Positions 19,293-28,700 of a stretch of DNA of 64,000 nucleotides are shown here, piece after piece. Within the stretch, counting starts at the first letter, position 1; the number at the start of each line of letters is the position of its first letter. The DNA is taken from sequence record OK040170.1, one strand, 5' to 3'. Under the pieces are notes generated by a model, which was given only the letters and a program-made list of their open reading frames with translations, was not told the DNA's origin and did not search any database. Both the position numbers and the translations under genes were made by a program.

Positions 19293-19805
19293 ATGTTTTC
19301 GTTCATCAACGAGTTCATGCGTAAACGTAAGGTGAAGAAGGCCTTGTCACTGCTGAGCTCCCCAGAAGGAGAAATTGAATTTGAACCAGAAACTATCCGT
19401 GTTGTATTTGAAGCTGTATCCGCTACACTCGATGAGTCACAAAACGGGTTAAGCATTTATGGCACCCTTATCCAGATGCACCATGAACCTGAGTTCTTGC
19501 TGGAGAAGTTGGCTGTTGCTAACGACGCTATTCTCAATGCAGAAGAGTTCGAGCACTTCAGTCGACTGAGTAAGTTCAACAAGTTTGAGCTCAGAACATG
19601 GCTTGTGGATAGTGAAAAGAACCGTCTTGATTATTATGCTTTTATTAAGGCGATAACAACGATGGTGCAGGTCAACGTAGAATATTTAGATGAGGTAAAA
19701 GACCGAGTCAATAAAGTTCGCTATCGCGTGTATCTTGATTTATTATACACAATTCATTGCGATTGTTTAACGTTGGCTGAACTGCACTTACGTAAATACG
19801 GTTAA
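19293..19805 (+). CDS. Hypothetical protein (170 aa)
   Basis: GAGG RBS; downstream of an early promoter. Confidence 0.75.
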   Translation: MFSFINEFMRKRKVKKALSLLSSPEGEIEFEPETIRVVFEAVSATLDESQNGLSIYGTLIQMHHEPEFLLEKLAVANDAILNAEEFEHFSRLSKFNKFELRTWLVDSEKNRLDYYAFIKAITTMVQVNVEYLDEVKDRVNKVRYRVYLDLLYTIHCDCLTLAELHLRKYG

Positions 19806-19823
19806 TTTTAAAAGGTATTATAC

Positions 19824-20582
19824 ATGCGTCCTGGACTGCCCCTCCGGTTTCGCACGGCTGAAGAAACTCACCGGATCTCTGACCATGAATACAGCGGACC
19901 AATGAATCTGCTGGCGTTGATGTTCAGGAAGGTCAAAGGTGATCTCGCGATTAACTCAGCTATGTGGTCTAACCTCATGAACCGGTATCTTAAAGATCCC
20001 CGTAATGAGGTGACACAAACATCTCGTGGTCGTTCATCTGAACGGTCTAACCTTAATCGTGGTTTGACTCACCCTGAGATGTCCATCAAGGTTTTCATAA
20101 AGGGATTGAGAGTGCTGAATCCAAAGCACTTGAAGTTCACTATCCTCTTAGTTCATTTGGACGGGTCTAAGACCTCCCATAAAGTTGAGATGGATCCAGA
20201 AGACCTGTACCAGCATTACCACAATGAAAAATACCCAACGCGTTTAAACGTACTTCATCAGTTGTTCCTTGATATCCGTAAGACGGTAACGCCGACTGAG
20301 GAAGATTGGAATCGCGCCATGAAATCCTATCTGGAAGACCCCGGTAATGATTTCGATGATAAAAACAAGTTGCGTAGTAGTGAGAGGTCGAATGTCAATC
20401 GCGGGCTAAACAACCCAGACATGTCCTCTAAAATCTTTACCAAGGGTTTGAAGGTCATTAACCCGGCTCAGATTTACTTCACGTTGGAACTCGAATTCCC
20501 CGGCGAACAGATTACTCACCACGAAGTAAGAATGGAAGGTAATCATCTGTACATCGCAGGTGGTGACGAGCAGGACGACTGA
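19824..20582 (+). CDS. Hypothetical protein composed of a tandem duplicated domain
   Basis: Two copies of W..M..YL.DP.N...RSSERSN.NRGL..P.MS.K.F.KGL.V.NP...FT. Confidence 0.75.
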   Translation: MRPGLPLRFRTAEETHRISDHEYSGPMNLLALMFRKVKGDLAINSAMWSNLMNRYLKDPRNEVTQTSRGRSSERSNLNRGLTHPEMSIKVFIKGLRVLNPKHLKFTILLVHLDGSKTSHKVEMDPEDLYQHYHNEKYPTRLNVLHQLFLDIRKTVTPTEEDWNRAMKSYLEDPGNDFDDKNKLRSSERSNVNRGLNNPDMSSKIFTKGLKVINPAQIYFTLELEFPGEQITHHEVRMEGNHLYIAGGDEQDD

Positions 20583-20589
20583 GAAATAC

Positions 20590-20611
20590 AAGAGGGGCGA
20601 AAGCCTCTCTT
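20590..20611 (+). terminator. Intrinsic terminator
   Basis: AAGAGGGGC-GAAA-GCCTCTCTT followed by T-rich tail. Confidence 0.75.
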
Positions 20612-20671
20612 TATTCTGTCCTTTATTGGATTGAACTCGTTTCCTATGCACTTACAACGAGGACTATTCCG

Positions 20672-20926
20672 ATGGCTAAAGCTTTCAATACCAAAGCCTT
20701 AATGGATGATGTTTACGCGCAAGTGGATTCTTTCATGGAAACTAACCCTACGAAAGCCGACACTGCAGAATTCATGGAAAGAATCGTTAAACAAATCATG
20801 TCTACTCTAGCCAGTCGAGAAGAGAAGATTAAGGCAATCGCTGATACGTTCAGTCACGCATTAGCGCAACGACAAAAGGCAACAGGGTTCCGAGGTTTCA
20901 TCACTCGGTTATTATCAAGGGAGTAA
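20672..20926 (+). CDS. Hypothetical protein (84 aa)
   Basis: GAGG RBS; preceded by the late-type TTCCTATG motif at about 20641. Confidence 0.7.
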   Translation: MAKAFNTKALMDDVYAQVDSFMETNPTKADTAEFMERIVKQIMSTLASREEKIKAIADTFSHALAQRQKATGFRGFITRLLSRE

Positions 20927-20929
20927 ATA

Positions 20930-22000
20930 ATGGCCCTTAGCATAGACGCTTTCAAAAATACGGTAAAGGATAGTGCGGGTGAAGTCAGGGATACAGTCCA
21001 GACATCCTCCTCCATCTTTTCCACATCAGTAAACGACAGTATGGTGGCCGTCGACGGCTACGGTAAAACCCAAGAGCAAGTTCTCAGTAACATGCGCAAT
21101 GGTATCTTGGATCGACTGGGCGCAACCAAAGACTGGTTGTTGAACACGAAGATCTTTGACCTGGGGTCGTTGAATGATGCCTTGACTTCGGCTAAAGGAA
21201 TCAAGGATGACGCGACGGCGTTAACTAAACAGCTGTCGGATGAGATTGGTACTAACATCAATAGCATCCGTGGGATTAGCGATAATGTTATCTCTACAGC
21301 TACCAGTACACTAAACGAAATCAACCAGTCAGTAAACGATACGTTCAGTACTATCAATGGCGTGAAGTATGACGTCACTGCCGGTACTTACGGTAACGTC
21401 GTTAATGACTTCATCAACTCAGTTAACCGTTTGCTGTACGATGGTAAACAAACCTACGAAAATATCGTGGATAAGTTTGCCAATGATTCTCTGAAAGGAA
21501 GTATCCTTGAGAACTCATCTTCTCTGGGATTGACCAACATCATCGATGGCGTTTACCAATCAGATCCAGGTAACCCTATCCTGATGCGGTCATTGTCTAA
21601 CGGGCTTGAAGAAGCTCTGTTGACAGGCGACATTCGGACGATCAATTCCATCGTCCATAACCTGGGCGCCAATTACGTCATGGTAAGGCACCCTAACATC
21701 ATTCGGGATATTCTGACCAACTATACTTATCCGGTAGGCACAACGCCTAACGAGTATAAGGCTGAGGCTGACGTTCTCATTGATACGCTCAACTTCCTCA
21801 ATCCAGATTGGAACAAAGCAGTCGGAGCACCTTACCTGAATCGTAACATCTCGGTCTTCCGTGATGCATCGACGAAAGCAAAGGCGGTATTGATTTCAAG
21901 ACCTGAGTACGCGTACCAGATTAAAATTGCTGATCGCTACCCATCTCAAGATATCAATTCGATTGCACGCACAATGTACCCAATGGGTGCTTTTAGTTAA
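20930..22000 (+). CDS. Putative virion structural (tail) protein (356 aa)
   Basis: Ser/Thr/Asn-rich helical N-terminus; late-type operon; phiKZ-like synteny. Confidence 0.55.
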   Translation: MALSIDAFKNTVKDSAGEVRDTVQTSSSIFSTSVNDSMVAVDGYGKTQEQVLSNMRNGILDRLGATKDWLLNTKIFDLGSLNDALTSAKGIKDDATALTKQLSDEIGTNINSIRGISDNVISTATSTLNEINQSVNDTFSTINGVKYDVTAGTYGNVVNDFINSVNRLLYDGKQTYENIVDKFANDSLKGSILENSSSLGLTNIIDGVYQSDPGNPILMRSLSNGLEEALLTGDIRTINSIVHNLGANYVMVRHPNIIRDILTNYTYPVGTTPNEYKAEADVLIDTLNFLNPDWNKAVGAPYLNRNISVFRDASTKAKAVLISRPEYAYQIKIADRYPSQDINSIARTMYPMGAFS

Positions 22001-22005
22001 TAGAT

Positions 22006-22029
22006 CCCTCCTCCTGTTTGGGAGGAGGG
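22006..22029 (+). terminator. Intrinsic terminator
   Basis: CCCTCCTCC-TGTTTG-GGAGGAGGG. Confidence 0.7.
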
Positions 22030-22062
22030 CTATGTCGAGTTATTACCTAAAAGGAGTTATTC

Positions 22063-22659
22063 ATGAAAGCTTTTGAAGATTTAACTAATAAGCAATACGG
22101 TCGTTTAACTGTAGTTGGATTGTCAGGTATGTCAGGACACTCCAGATGGAAGTGTATCTGCTCCTGTGGCGTTATTACTTATTCATGCACCGGTAACTTG
22201 GTTTCCGGTAGAAAACAGTCATGTGGCTGTCTGAAGGTCGAGAAAGCCCGTGCTCAGCATAAGGGCACAGGTAAAAAGAAAAACGGAGATTATACTTGGA
22301 CTGCCTGGTATAACCTCATCTATAATCGCACCTTCAACGCTGCAGAAGGTAACGGTATTGAGCAGGTCGATCCTCGTTGGTTGGAATACCAAAACTTCAA
22401 AGAAGATTTAGGCGAGAAGCCAGGTAAAGGATATTACTTGCATCGCATCGACGCTAATAAACCTTACAACAAGGATAACTGTAAGTGGAGTAAGATGCCT
22501 ACCGGTAAACGTAAAGTCTTTTACTACAATACCAAACACAAGCACCCGGATACCAATGAAACGGTGGCACAACTTTCCCGTAGACTAGATATCTCTACTG
22601 GAACCATTTACGGCAGACTCCGCCGCGGGTTGTCAATTTTAGAAGCAATTGAAAAGTAA
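22063..22659 (+). CDS. Freestanding HNH-type homing endonuclease-like protein with C-terminal HTH
   Basis: DLTNKQYGRLTV...WKCICSCG...SCGC zinc module; LHRIDANKPYNKDNCKW beta-beta-alpha core; VAQLSRRLDISTGTIYGRL HTH. Confidence 0.8.
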   Translation: MKAFEDLTNKQYGRLTVVGLSGMSGHSRWKCICSCGVITYSCTGNLVSGRKQSCGCLKVEKARAQHKGTGKKKNGDYTWTAWYNLIYNRTFNAAEGNGIEQVDPRWLEYQNFKEDLGEKPGKGYYLHRIDANKPYNKDNCKWSKMPTGKRKVFYYNTKHKHPDTNETVAQLSRRLDISTGTIYGRLRRGLSILEAIEK

Positions 22660-22671
22660 AAGGAGAAAGTC

Positions 22672-23067
22672 ATGGAACCAGGTGTTATCACTGTCCATTA
22701 TAACACGTTGGAAGATGGCGATCAGAAGGTCTTGTTCAAACCGATCGATTCTTTGTTGAGTATCAAGGAAGGGTGCGAATATGTAGTCGCGTCCATTGTC
22801 TGCGACGATTCTGATCGTGGAGGGATTTGTGGCGTATTCCGGATTGATGAGCGTAAGAACTTCCCTACCAAGTATTGCGTAAACTACATCCACAGACACC
22901 TTATCGAAAAGGTCGTTCAGGGTGCAGGGGAAGATGCTCAACTGGCGTGCTTCTATTTAAAGATACTCAGCCGCATTGGCGACACAATTCACGTCGTCGA
23001 CTATTTCGGTGAAGAGAAGTTTTTCACCATTCGTCCAGAAGGCCTTTATAAACCATCCATTCATTGA
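22672..23067 (+). CDS. Hypothetical protein (131 aa)
   Basis: AGGAG RBS; lies between two HNH-like genes. Confidence 0.7.
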   Translation: MEPGVITVHYNTLEDGDQKVLFKPIDSLLSIKEGCEYVVASIVCDDSDRGGICGVFRIDERKNFPTKYCVNYIHRHLIEKVVQGAGEDAQLACFYLKILSRIGDTIHVVDYFGEEKFFTIRPEGLYKPSIH

Positions 23068-23522
23068 TAGGGGGAGTCGTGAATAGTTTCGTAGCAGATA
23101 TTTTAAAGAAATCCAATAAACTCCAACAAGAGAAATTCAACGATAAAGTCGCACGTTCATCTTACGTTGAGTGGAGTAAGTTACTCGACAAGTTCTCGAA
23201 GGAGACACACAAGCCTTGGTTGGAATCCTACGATATCTTCTTAATGGATAACGGAGAGCCGCCAAGTAATCACTACAGACTAGCTCGTCTAGATAATCAA
23301 CGTCCATTCGAACCAGGGAACGTTATCTGGATTGGACCTAAAGGCGCACAGTACAGTAAGAACCGTCCTTACAGTCACCGTAGTAATTCTAAACGGGTTG
23401 AGTGGGAAGGTGTTCTCTATACCGTTCCTGAATTCGCCGCCAAGTTCGGTTTATCTGCGCATACCGTCTATTGGCGTATGCGTCACTGGCCTAAGAAAGA
23501 TTGGGCTGGTCGTGTCTCCTGA
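23064..23522 (+). CDS. Second, degenerate HNH-like protein with C-terminal HTH (true start may be GTG 23079)
   Basis: W...F..D.GEPP...LARLDNQRPFEPGNVIW...KNR core; VPEFAAKFGLSAHTVYWRM HTH; lacks the zinc module. Confidence 0.65.
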   Translation: MIGGVVNSFVADILKKSNKLQQEKFNDKVARSSYVEWSKLLDKFSKETHKPWLESYDIFLMDNGEPPSNHYRLARLDNQRPFEPGNVIWIGPKGAQYSKNRPYSHRSNSKRVEWEGVLYTVPEFAAKFGLSAHTVYWRMRHWPKKDWAGRVS

Positions 23523-23533
23523 AAAGGGGACAC

Positions 23534-23566
23534 AAAGAAAGGGCATTGCGCCCTTTCTTTTTTTTT
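23534..23566. terminator. Bidirectional terminator
   Basis: AAAGAAAGGGC-ATTGC-GCCCTTTCTTT followed by poly-T. Confidence 0.85.
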
Positions 23567-23572
23567 GTGTTT

Positions 23573-25741
23573 TTACAGACCACGATCGGTTCGCGACAAC
23601 GCAGAAAGCAAAGACCCTACTCGGTTACCCGAGAAGATGGTGTTCACTACGTTGCTGTACGAGAAGAACTTATCAAATGCTGCCAGGTTACGGTTCCAGT
23701 TACGTTTGAAACGACTTAGCATGTAGACCTGAGTCTGCAAGTCCAGGCTAGAGAGAACGCTCGTATAAGACCCGTAGGAAGAATCCTGAGGGAAGAGCAT
23801 ACGACTCCAGTTGGTTGGGTCGAAACTACGCAGACCGAACGCCTCGTTCATTGGCATCGACATTACTGAAGAAAGATCAGTAATAGTCAATCGAACATCT
23901 ACGCCCAGGTATTCGCCGTTCTGAGTCCAAGGCATATTAGACGTAGCACGAGTAATATCTACCGCAGTGATCATCCCTAACGGAATAGAACACCGACCTT
24001 GGCAATAGAACTCACCAATGAATGGTTGACCGTAAGTAGCAGCACCCGTTGCACGAGGCAGAACACCGCAAAGCAACATGACCAGTGGTAAGATCTCATT
24101 CTGGAAACGAACCACGTTGTCAGCGCACCACGCCCTCAGAGGAATCGTAATCGACATCTGGTTAAACGTAGCACTAGACGTATCGTAGTGTTTAGGGATA
24201 TCAGCAAATGCGTTACCTGCCAGTACACCCAACCCGGAGATATGCAAGGAGTCAGCAACACCCGAGACAATATCCTTCATCGTATCCATGATCATCCCAA
24301 TACCTGGAATGTCAGAGAAGTTACCGTCGGCAAATTTGAAGCGCATGGAGCGAGCACGTTCAGACGTGGAGTTGATTGCGGATTCCAAATCGGAAGCACG
24401 TACGGAGTTACTGAAACTTTCGTTAGCCGATTGACGTCCATCGATACGGAAACTCACCCACTGCGTACCATCGTGCTGTGCAGCCTTAAAGGTAGCCCAG
24501 GCACGTTCTAAAGTATCGCTTGAGAAGTAGTCCTTAACAGACTCATAAGCTGCCTCAATGCTGTTCCCTAACGATTCCATCATACCTGGATCATTGACCG
24601 GGTTTCCGTTCTCGTCAGTTGCAGTTACCGGAGCTGTAGTATCGATAGTTGCCTCACCGCCACTAGTAGGAGCAGCAGTGTTAGCTGTTGTGTCCCCACT
24701 AGCGCCGCCAGTAGAAACAGTAACAACCGGACGAAGCTGACCATCGGATTCCTTAAAGTAGGCATCCAGGAAATCTTCAGTAGTTGCGTACTCTTTACGA
24801 CGAGCTCGACCCAGTGTCGCACTAGCGCCACCGAATGTCATCCAGTTATAGATGGCACCCACTACGCCATTACCGTTGCTCTGGTTATTAGCAGCAATCT
24901 GGTTAACTGCGTTATGCCAAGCATCTGCATAGGCCTGAGCACGAGAAGCCACAGCGTATACGTCGATACCTGTCAGGCCTTCACTACGGTAGACCGGAGG
25001 AATCATAGCGTCGTATGCTTGACGTTCCCTTGCACCTACTTGGAAAGCGTTCTTAGCAGCCGCTTCGAGGCTACTTGTACCGGGGTCAGTTGCCATCCCC
25101 GCAGTACCGTTTAGGTCAGCGGTGTTAGCCAACTGCAGCCATGCGTCAGCAGGCTGAGCAACCATGTCCAGGTTAGTACCGATGGTGTTAGCGAAGTCGT
25201 TAACATATTTCCAGTACAAACCCATTTCAGGCTTCAGGTAATAGAACTTAGTCGAAACTGTACCGGAGAACCATTTCAGTGCTGAGAAAGTAAGGATGTA
25301 CGGAACGAACCTTACAGAGAATGCCCAGCCCAATGCTTTACCGATCAAAGTACCAATACTCTGACCACGACCGGTACGAACAAGTCGAGAATCGTCCGAG
25401 CTATAGAAGTTCGAGAAGAACGAGCTCAGGGAGTTAAAGATTGGAATACCGAAGCGCATGTGTAACAACACTGCGTTGTCATCGATATTCTCAGAATAGA
25501 AGTGTCCCATCCCTTCGCCGATATCCACATAGCGTTTAAGGATCGGGTCGCCGTGGTTACAATACTGCGGCGGAGCATTGATGGCAAAGTTACCGCCCAT
25601 GGTTGTATCGGTGTACTTGTAATAGGCACTGGTGAATGTGCGATAATACATATCGTCCTCTTCGATAGCACCTTCAGGGAGTAACAATCCCTGTCGTATC
25701 CAATCGCTATCGCTGATAACGTCGCTATTAACTTGGGCCAT
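23573..25741 (-). CDS. Tail/baseplate structural protein adjacent to the tape measure (phiKZ gp182-like)
   Basis: DTTMGGNFAINAPPQY motif; position immediately downstream of the TMP. Confidence 0.7.
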   Translation of the reverse strand: MAQVNSDVISDSDWIRQGLLLPEGAIEEDDMYYRTFTSAYYKYTDTTMGGNFAINAPPQYCNHGDPILKRYVDIGEGMGHFYSENIDDNAVLLHMRFGIPIFNSLSSFFSNFYSSDDSRLVRTGRGQSIGTLIGKALGWAFSVRFVPYILTFSALKWFSGTVSTKFYYLKPEMGLYWKYVNDFANTIGTNLDMVAQPADAWLQLANTADLNGTAGMATDPGTSSLEAAAKNAFQVGARERQAYDAMIPPVYRSEGLTGIDVYAVASRAQAYADAWHNAVNQIAANNQSNGNGVVGAIYNWMTFGGASATLGRARRKEYATTEDFLDAYFKESDGQLRPVVTVSTGGASGDTTANTAAPTSGGEATIDTTAPVTATDENGNPVNDPGMMESLGNSIEAAYESVKDYFSSDTLERAWATFKAAQHDGTQWVSFRIDGRQSANESFSNSVRASDLESAINSTSERARSMRFKFADGNFSDIPGIGMIMDTMKDIVSGVADSLHISGLGVLAGNAFADIPKHYDTSSATFNQMSITIPLRAWCADNVVRFQNEILPLVMLLCGVLPRATGAATYGQPFIGEFYCQGRCSIPLGMITAVDITRATSNMPWTQNGEYLGVDVRLTITDLSSVMSMPMNEAFGLRSFDPTNWSRMLFPQDSSYGSYTSVLSSLDLQTQVYMLSRFKRNWNRNLAAFDKFFSYSNVVNTIFSGNRVGSLLSALSRTDRGL

Positions 25742-25796
25742 TTTAAGTCCTCGATGAAAAAGGTGGGAGAGGAGTTACCCTCTCCCAATTATTAGA

Positions 25797-28700
25797 CTAT
25801 CGTGTCACTCGGGTATCGAACGGCAAACCGCCGGTCTTCTCTGGCATCCCTCCAGAAGTCGATGTCCGACGAAGTAAATCATCGGTATCAGAGTTCTTGG
25901 AGTTAGCCGGGATGTCTTCACCTTGAGTCTTACTTCCTTTTAAGTGCTTAAGGAGAGCATTGAGAATACCTGTGGTGTTTTCGCTGGTCAGTTTCTGATA
26001 AGTGAGTGAATCCTTCATAAAATCAACAGAGCTCATCTCACTCTTCGTTTTCTCCCTCACGACTTCTTGTCTACGAGTGACAGAGCTGCGTTGGAGTTCA
26101 CGACTTTCATTACGCTGATCTTGCGCTGCAGCAATCTCCGGAGCCACAGTACTCGGTGCAGTGATAGTTGGAACCGTATCAGTAGAACCGGTAAAGTTAG
26201 CCGTACCCAACGTACTACCTTTAGGCAAGGCACCTTTAGGATCGAACGGGGTAGGAGTTGATGCAGTAGCACCAGGGGTAGTTGGTGTTTCAGCAGGGAG
26301 AGCCGGAGTAGTTGGCGTACCACCTACGTTACGATCGCCCGCTTCGGAAGCAGCACGATTAGACAGAGCGTTAGCTTCATCCACGTACTGACCACCATTA
26401 CGGTTCAGATAACCGGACAGACTTCTCCGGAAATCACCGACCGTTCTAACACCGTTAAAGATCTCCGGGTTAGCCTTAGATACCTTATCGTAGTCGGTCA
26501 TCGCCTGACGAATATCCGTATCGTCAGATTTACTTAGCATCTTACGTGCACCGCCCGTTCCTAGGAAGTGAGCAGCGTAGAGGTCTTCTGCAGTCAATGG
26601 ACGACCAATGCTACCTAAAGCTTCTTGGTTCTTACGCATGTACTCAGCTGTGGCTAACATGTTAGCACGAGGATCCATCTGAGTAGCGTTAGGGTTAACT
26701 CCGTACTTCTTAACCAGAGTAGGGAGTATTTCCTTCCAAGTCGAGTCGATGAACTGACCGAAACCTGCGGCACTGGACTTAGGGTTTTTGGCAGCCGGGT
26801 TAAACCTCGACTCCTGTGCAACCATCGCAGCAAGAGCACCGGCATCCACACCTACCATCCGAGCAGCAGCCACGATGAGATCGCGGTTCTCTGCCCAACC
26901 TCTGCCCTGGGACTGAGGAAGGTCATTTACGCTACCGCCAGTACCTGCACCATGTTGCAACTCATTACCGTAGATACCTGAAGTCCCAGCGTTCTCGAAC
27001 GACGTGCCCGTAGTACCGTAACTGGTTGAGTACGAGTTAGTGTTACCACCTTGAGCGGATCCACTGTACTTGCCAGAAACAGCAATCTGGTTTTGCAACG
27101 CCATCTTAATCGCTTGACCCGTCTTAGTGTCGTCAAGTTTCTTACCGTCAAAGGTAGTCTTGTCGATCTCTTTCTGGGTACGGACTTTCTCTTGATAAAC
27201 TTCTTTCTTAGACTGATCCCTCAACGAGTCGAGGTTATCGTTCACGGAACTGGAATCCGCATTCATCCGACGACCTGGCCATGGAGACGCCAGTACTTGC
27301 CAGACAGAATACGTATTACCATTGAACTCAGTCTTAGCGCCAACCAGGAAGTTAGCAATCTTCAAGAGATCACTAGACTTAAGCGTTTTCCAAGAATCAA
27401 TAGGAGATGTCTGTGGAGAAATCTTTTTAGCCTGAGCGCAGAAGTTCAAGAAGGCCGGTAAGAAACGATGCTGGAACCAAGTCATCCAGTTAGTCTTCGC
27501 TTCCTTATCTGCGGTGTTGATACCAAACCGAGGTGCCCACAATGCGAAGGTTTTATCCATGTCACCATTGAAGGTAGCTTGGAACTTAGCATTGTACTGA
27601 ACCTGTTTAATCAGCTCGGATTCCATTACCAGCAGCAAGTTGACTTCTTCTTTCACTAATTGATTAAGACCATACGTTTTTACACGGATAGAACTGAGGT
27701 CATCAATTCGGTTAGAGATTTGGATCATCTCGTCTTGCTGGACGTTACCCGTGATACCGCCAGGAATACTGACTTTATCACCTGGGCTGTAGAACAGATC
27801 AGTTGATGGGTTAATGGCACGGTCATCTTGCTGTTGCATATTGCGCAGGGCATTCTGAACAGGAGTGATCGGCTTAGTCGCAAACGTACTCTTAGCTTGG
27901 TCGACAGATTTCTTCGACTGGTACGCCTTCTCTTGCTGGGAATATTTCTCGATAACGATATCGCGGTATTTAGCCGGATAGCCAGAGCCTACAACAGAAC
28001 GCTTACCAGGGAACGGTGAGGCGGAGATGTTGTAAGGTGAGTTTTCACCAGAACTTTCGATAAAGGTTTCCCTTGCGAACTGTGGTCGTTGTCCAGGTTC
28101 GAGGAAGTCAGCATCAGTCAACTTAGCTTTAGGATCCATCTTACGGAGTACCGTAAGGTTCTTAGAGAACACCGGAACAAAGCGTTTGTTGTACCAACGC
28201 ATCCACTCTACGACCTGACGTTGGTTTTGCAACTCAATACCGAACGACTCGAGGAGAGACTCGAACTCAAGAGAGCCAATACGAACACCGCCGTTAGGCA
28301 TGACCGTCGTTTTCTTGAGTACAGCTTCTTCTAACGCCAAGATCTTACCGCGAGATTCACCATCGTTAACATCGGCACCATATTGAGCAATGCGATAGTC
28401 ACGAAGTGGAGTCATGCGGTTACTGTACATCTGCCAACCTTTATAGATCAGGTAACCTGTACCTGCTACAGCAGCGGCAATAGCCAGACCAGGAGCAGAG
28501 ACTAATCCACCGAGTGCAGCTGCACCCATACGGAGAACTGTACCTGCGCCACCTAATGCAAAGCGACCTGCTGCCAATGCACCGCGACCAGCCAAACGAC
28601 CAACCTTACCTAAGAGACGACCACCACGACGAAGGATACCGCCTTTACGACCACCGCCTGCCAAATCACCGATGTCACCTAGAGCATCAGCACCTTTACG

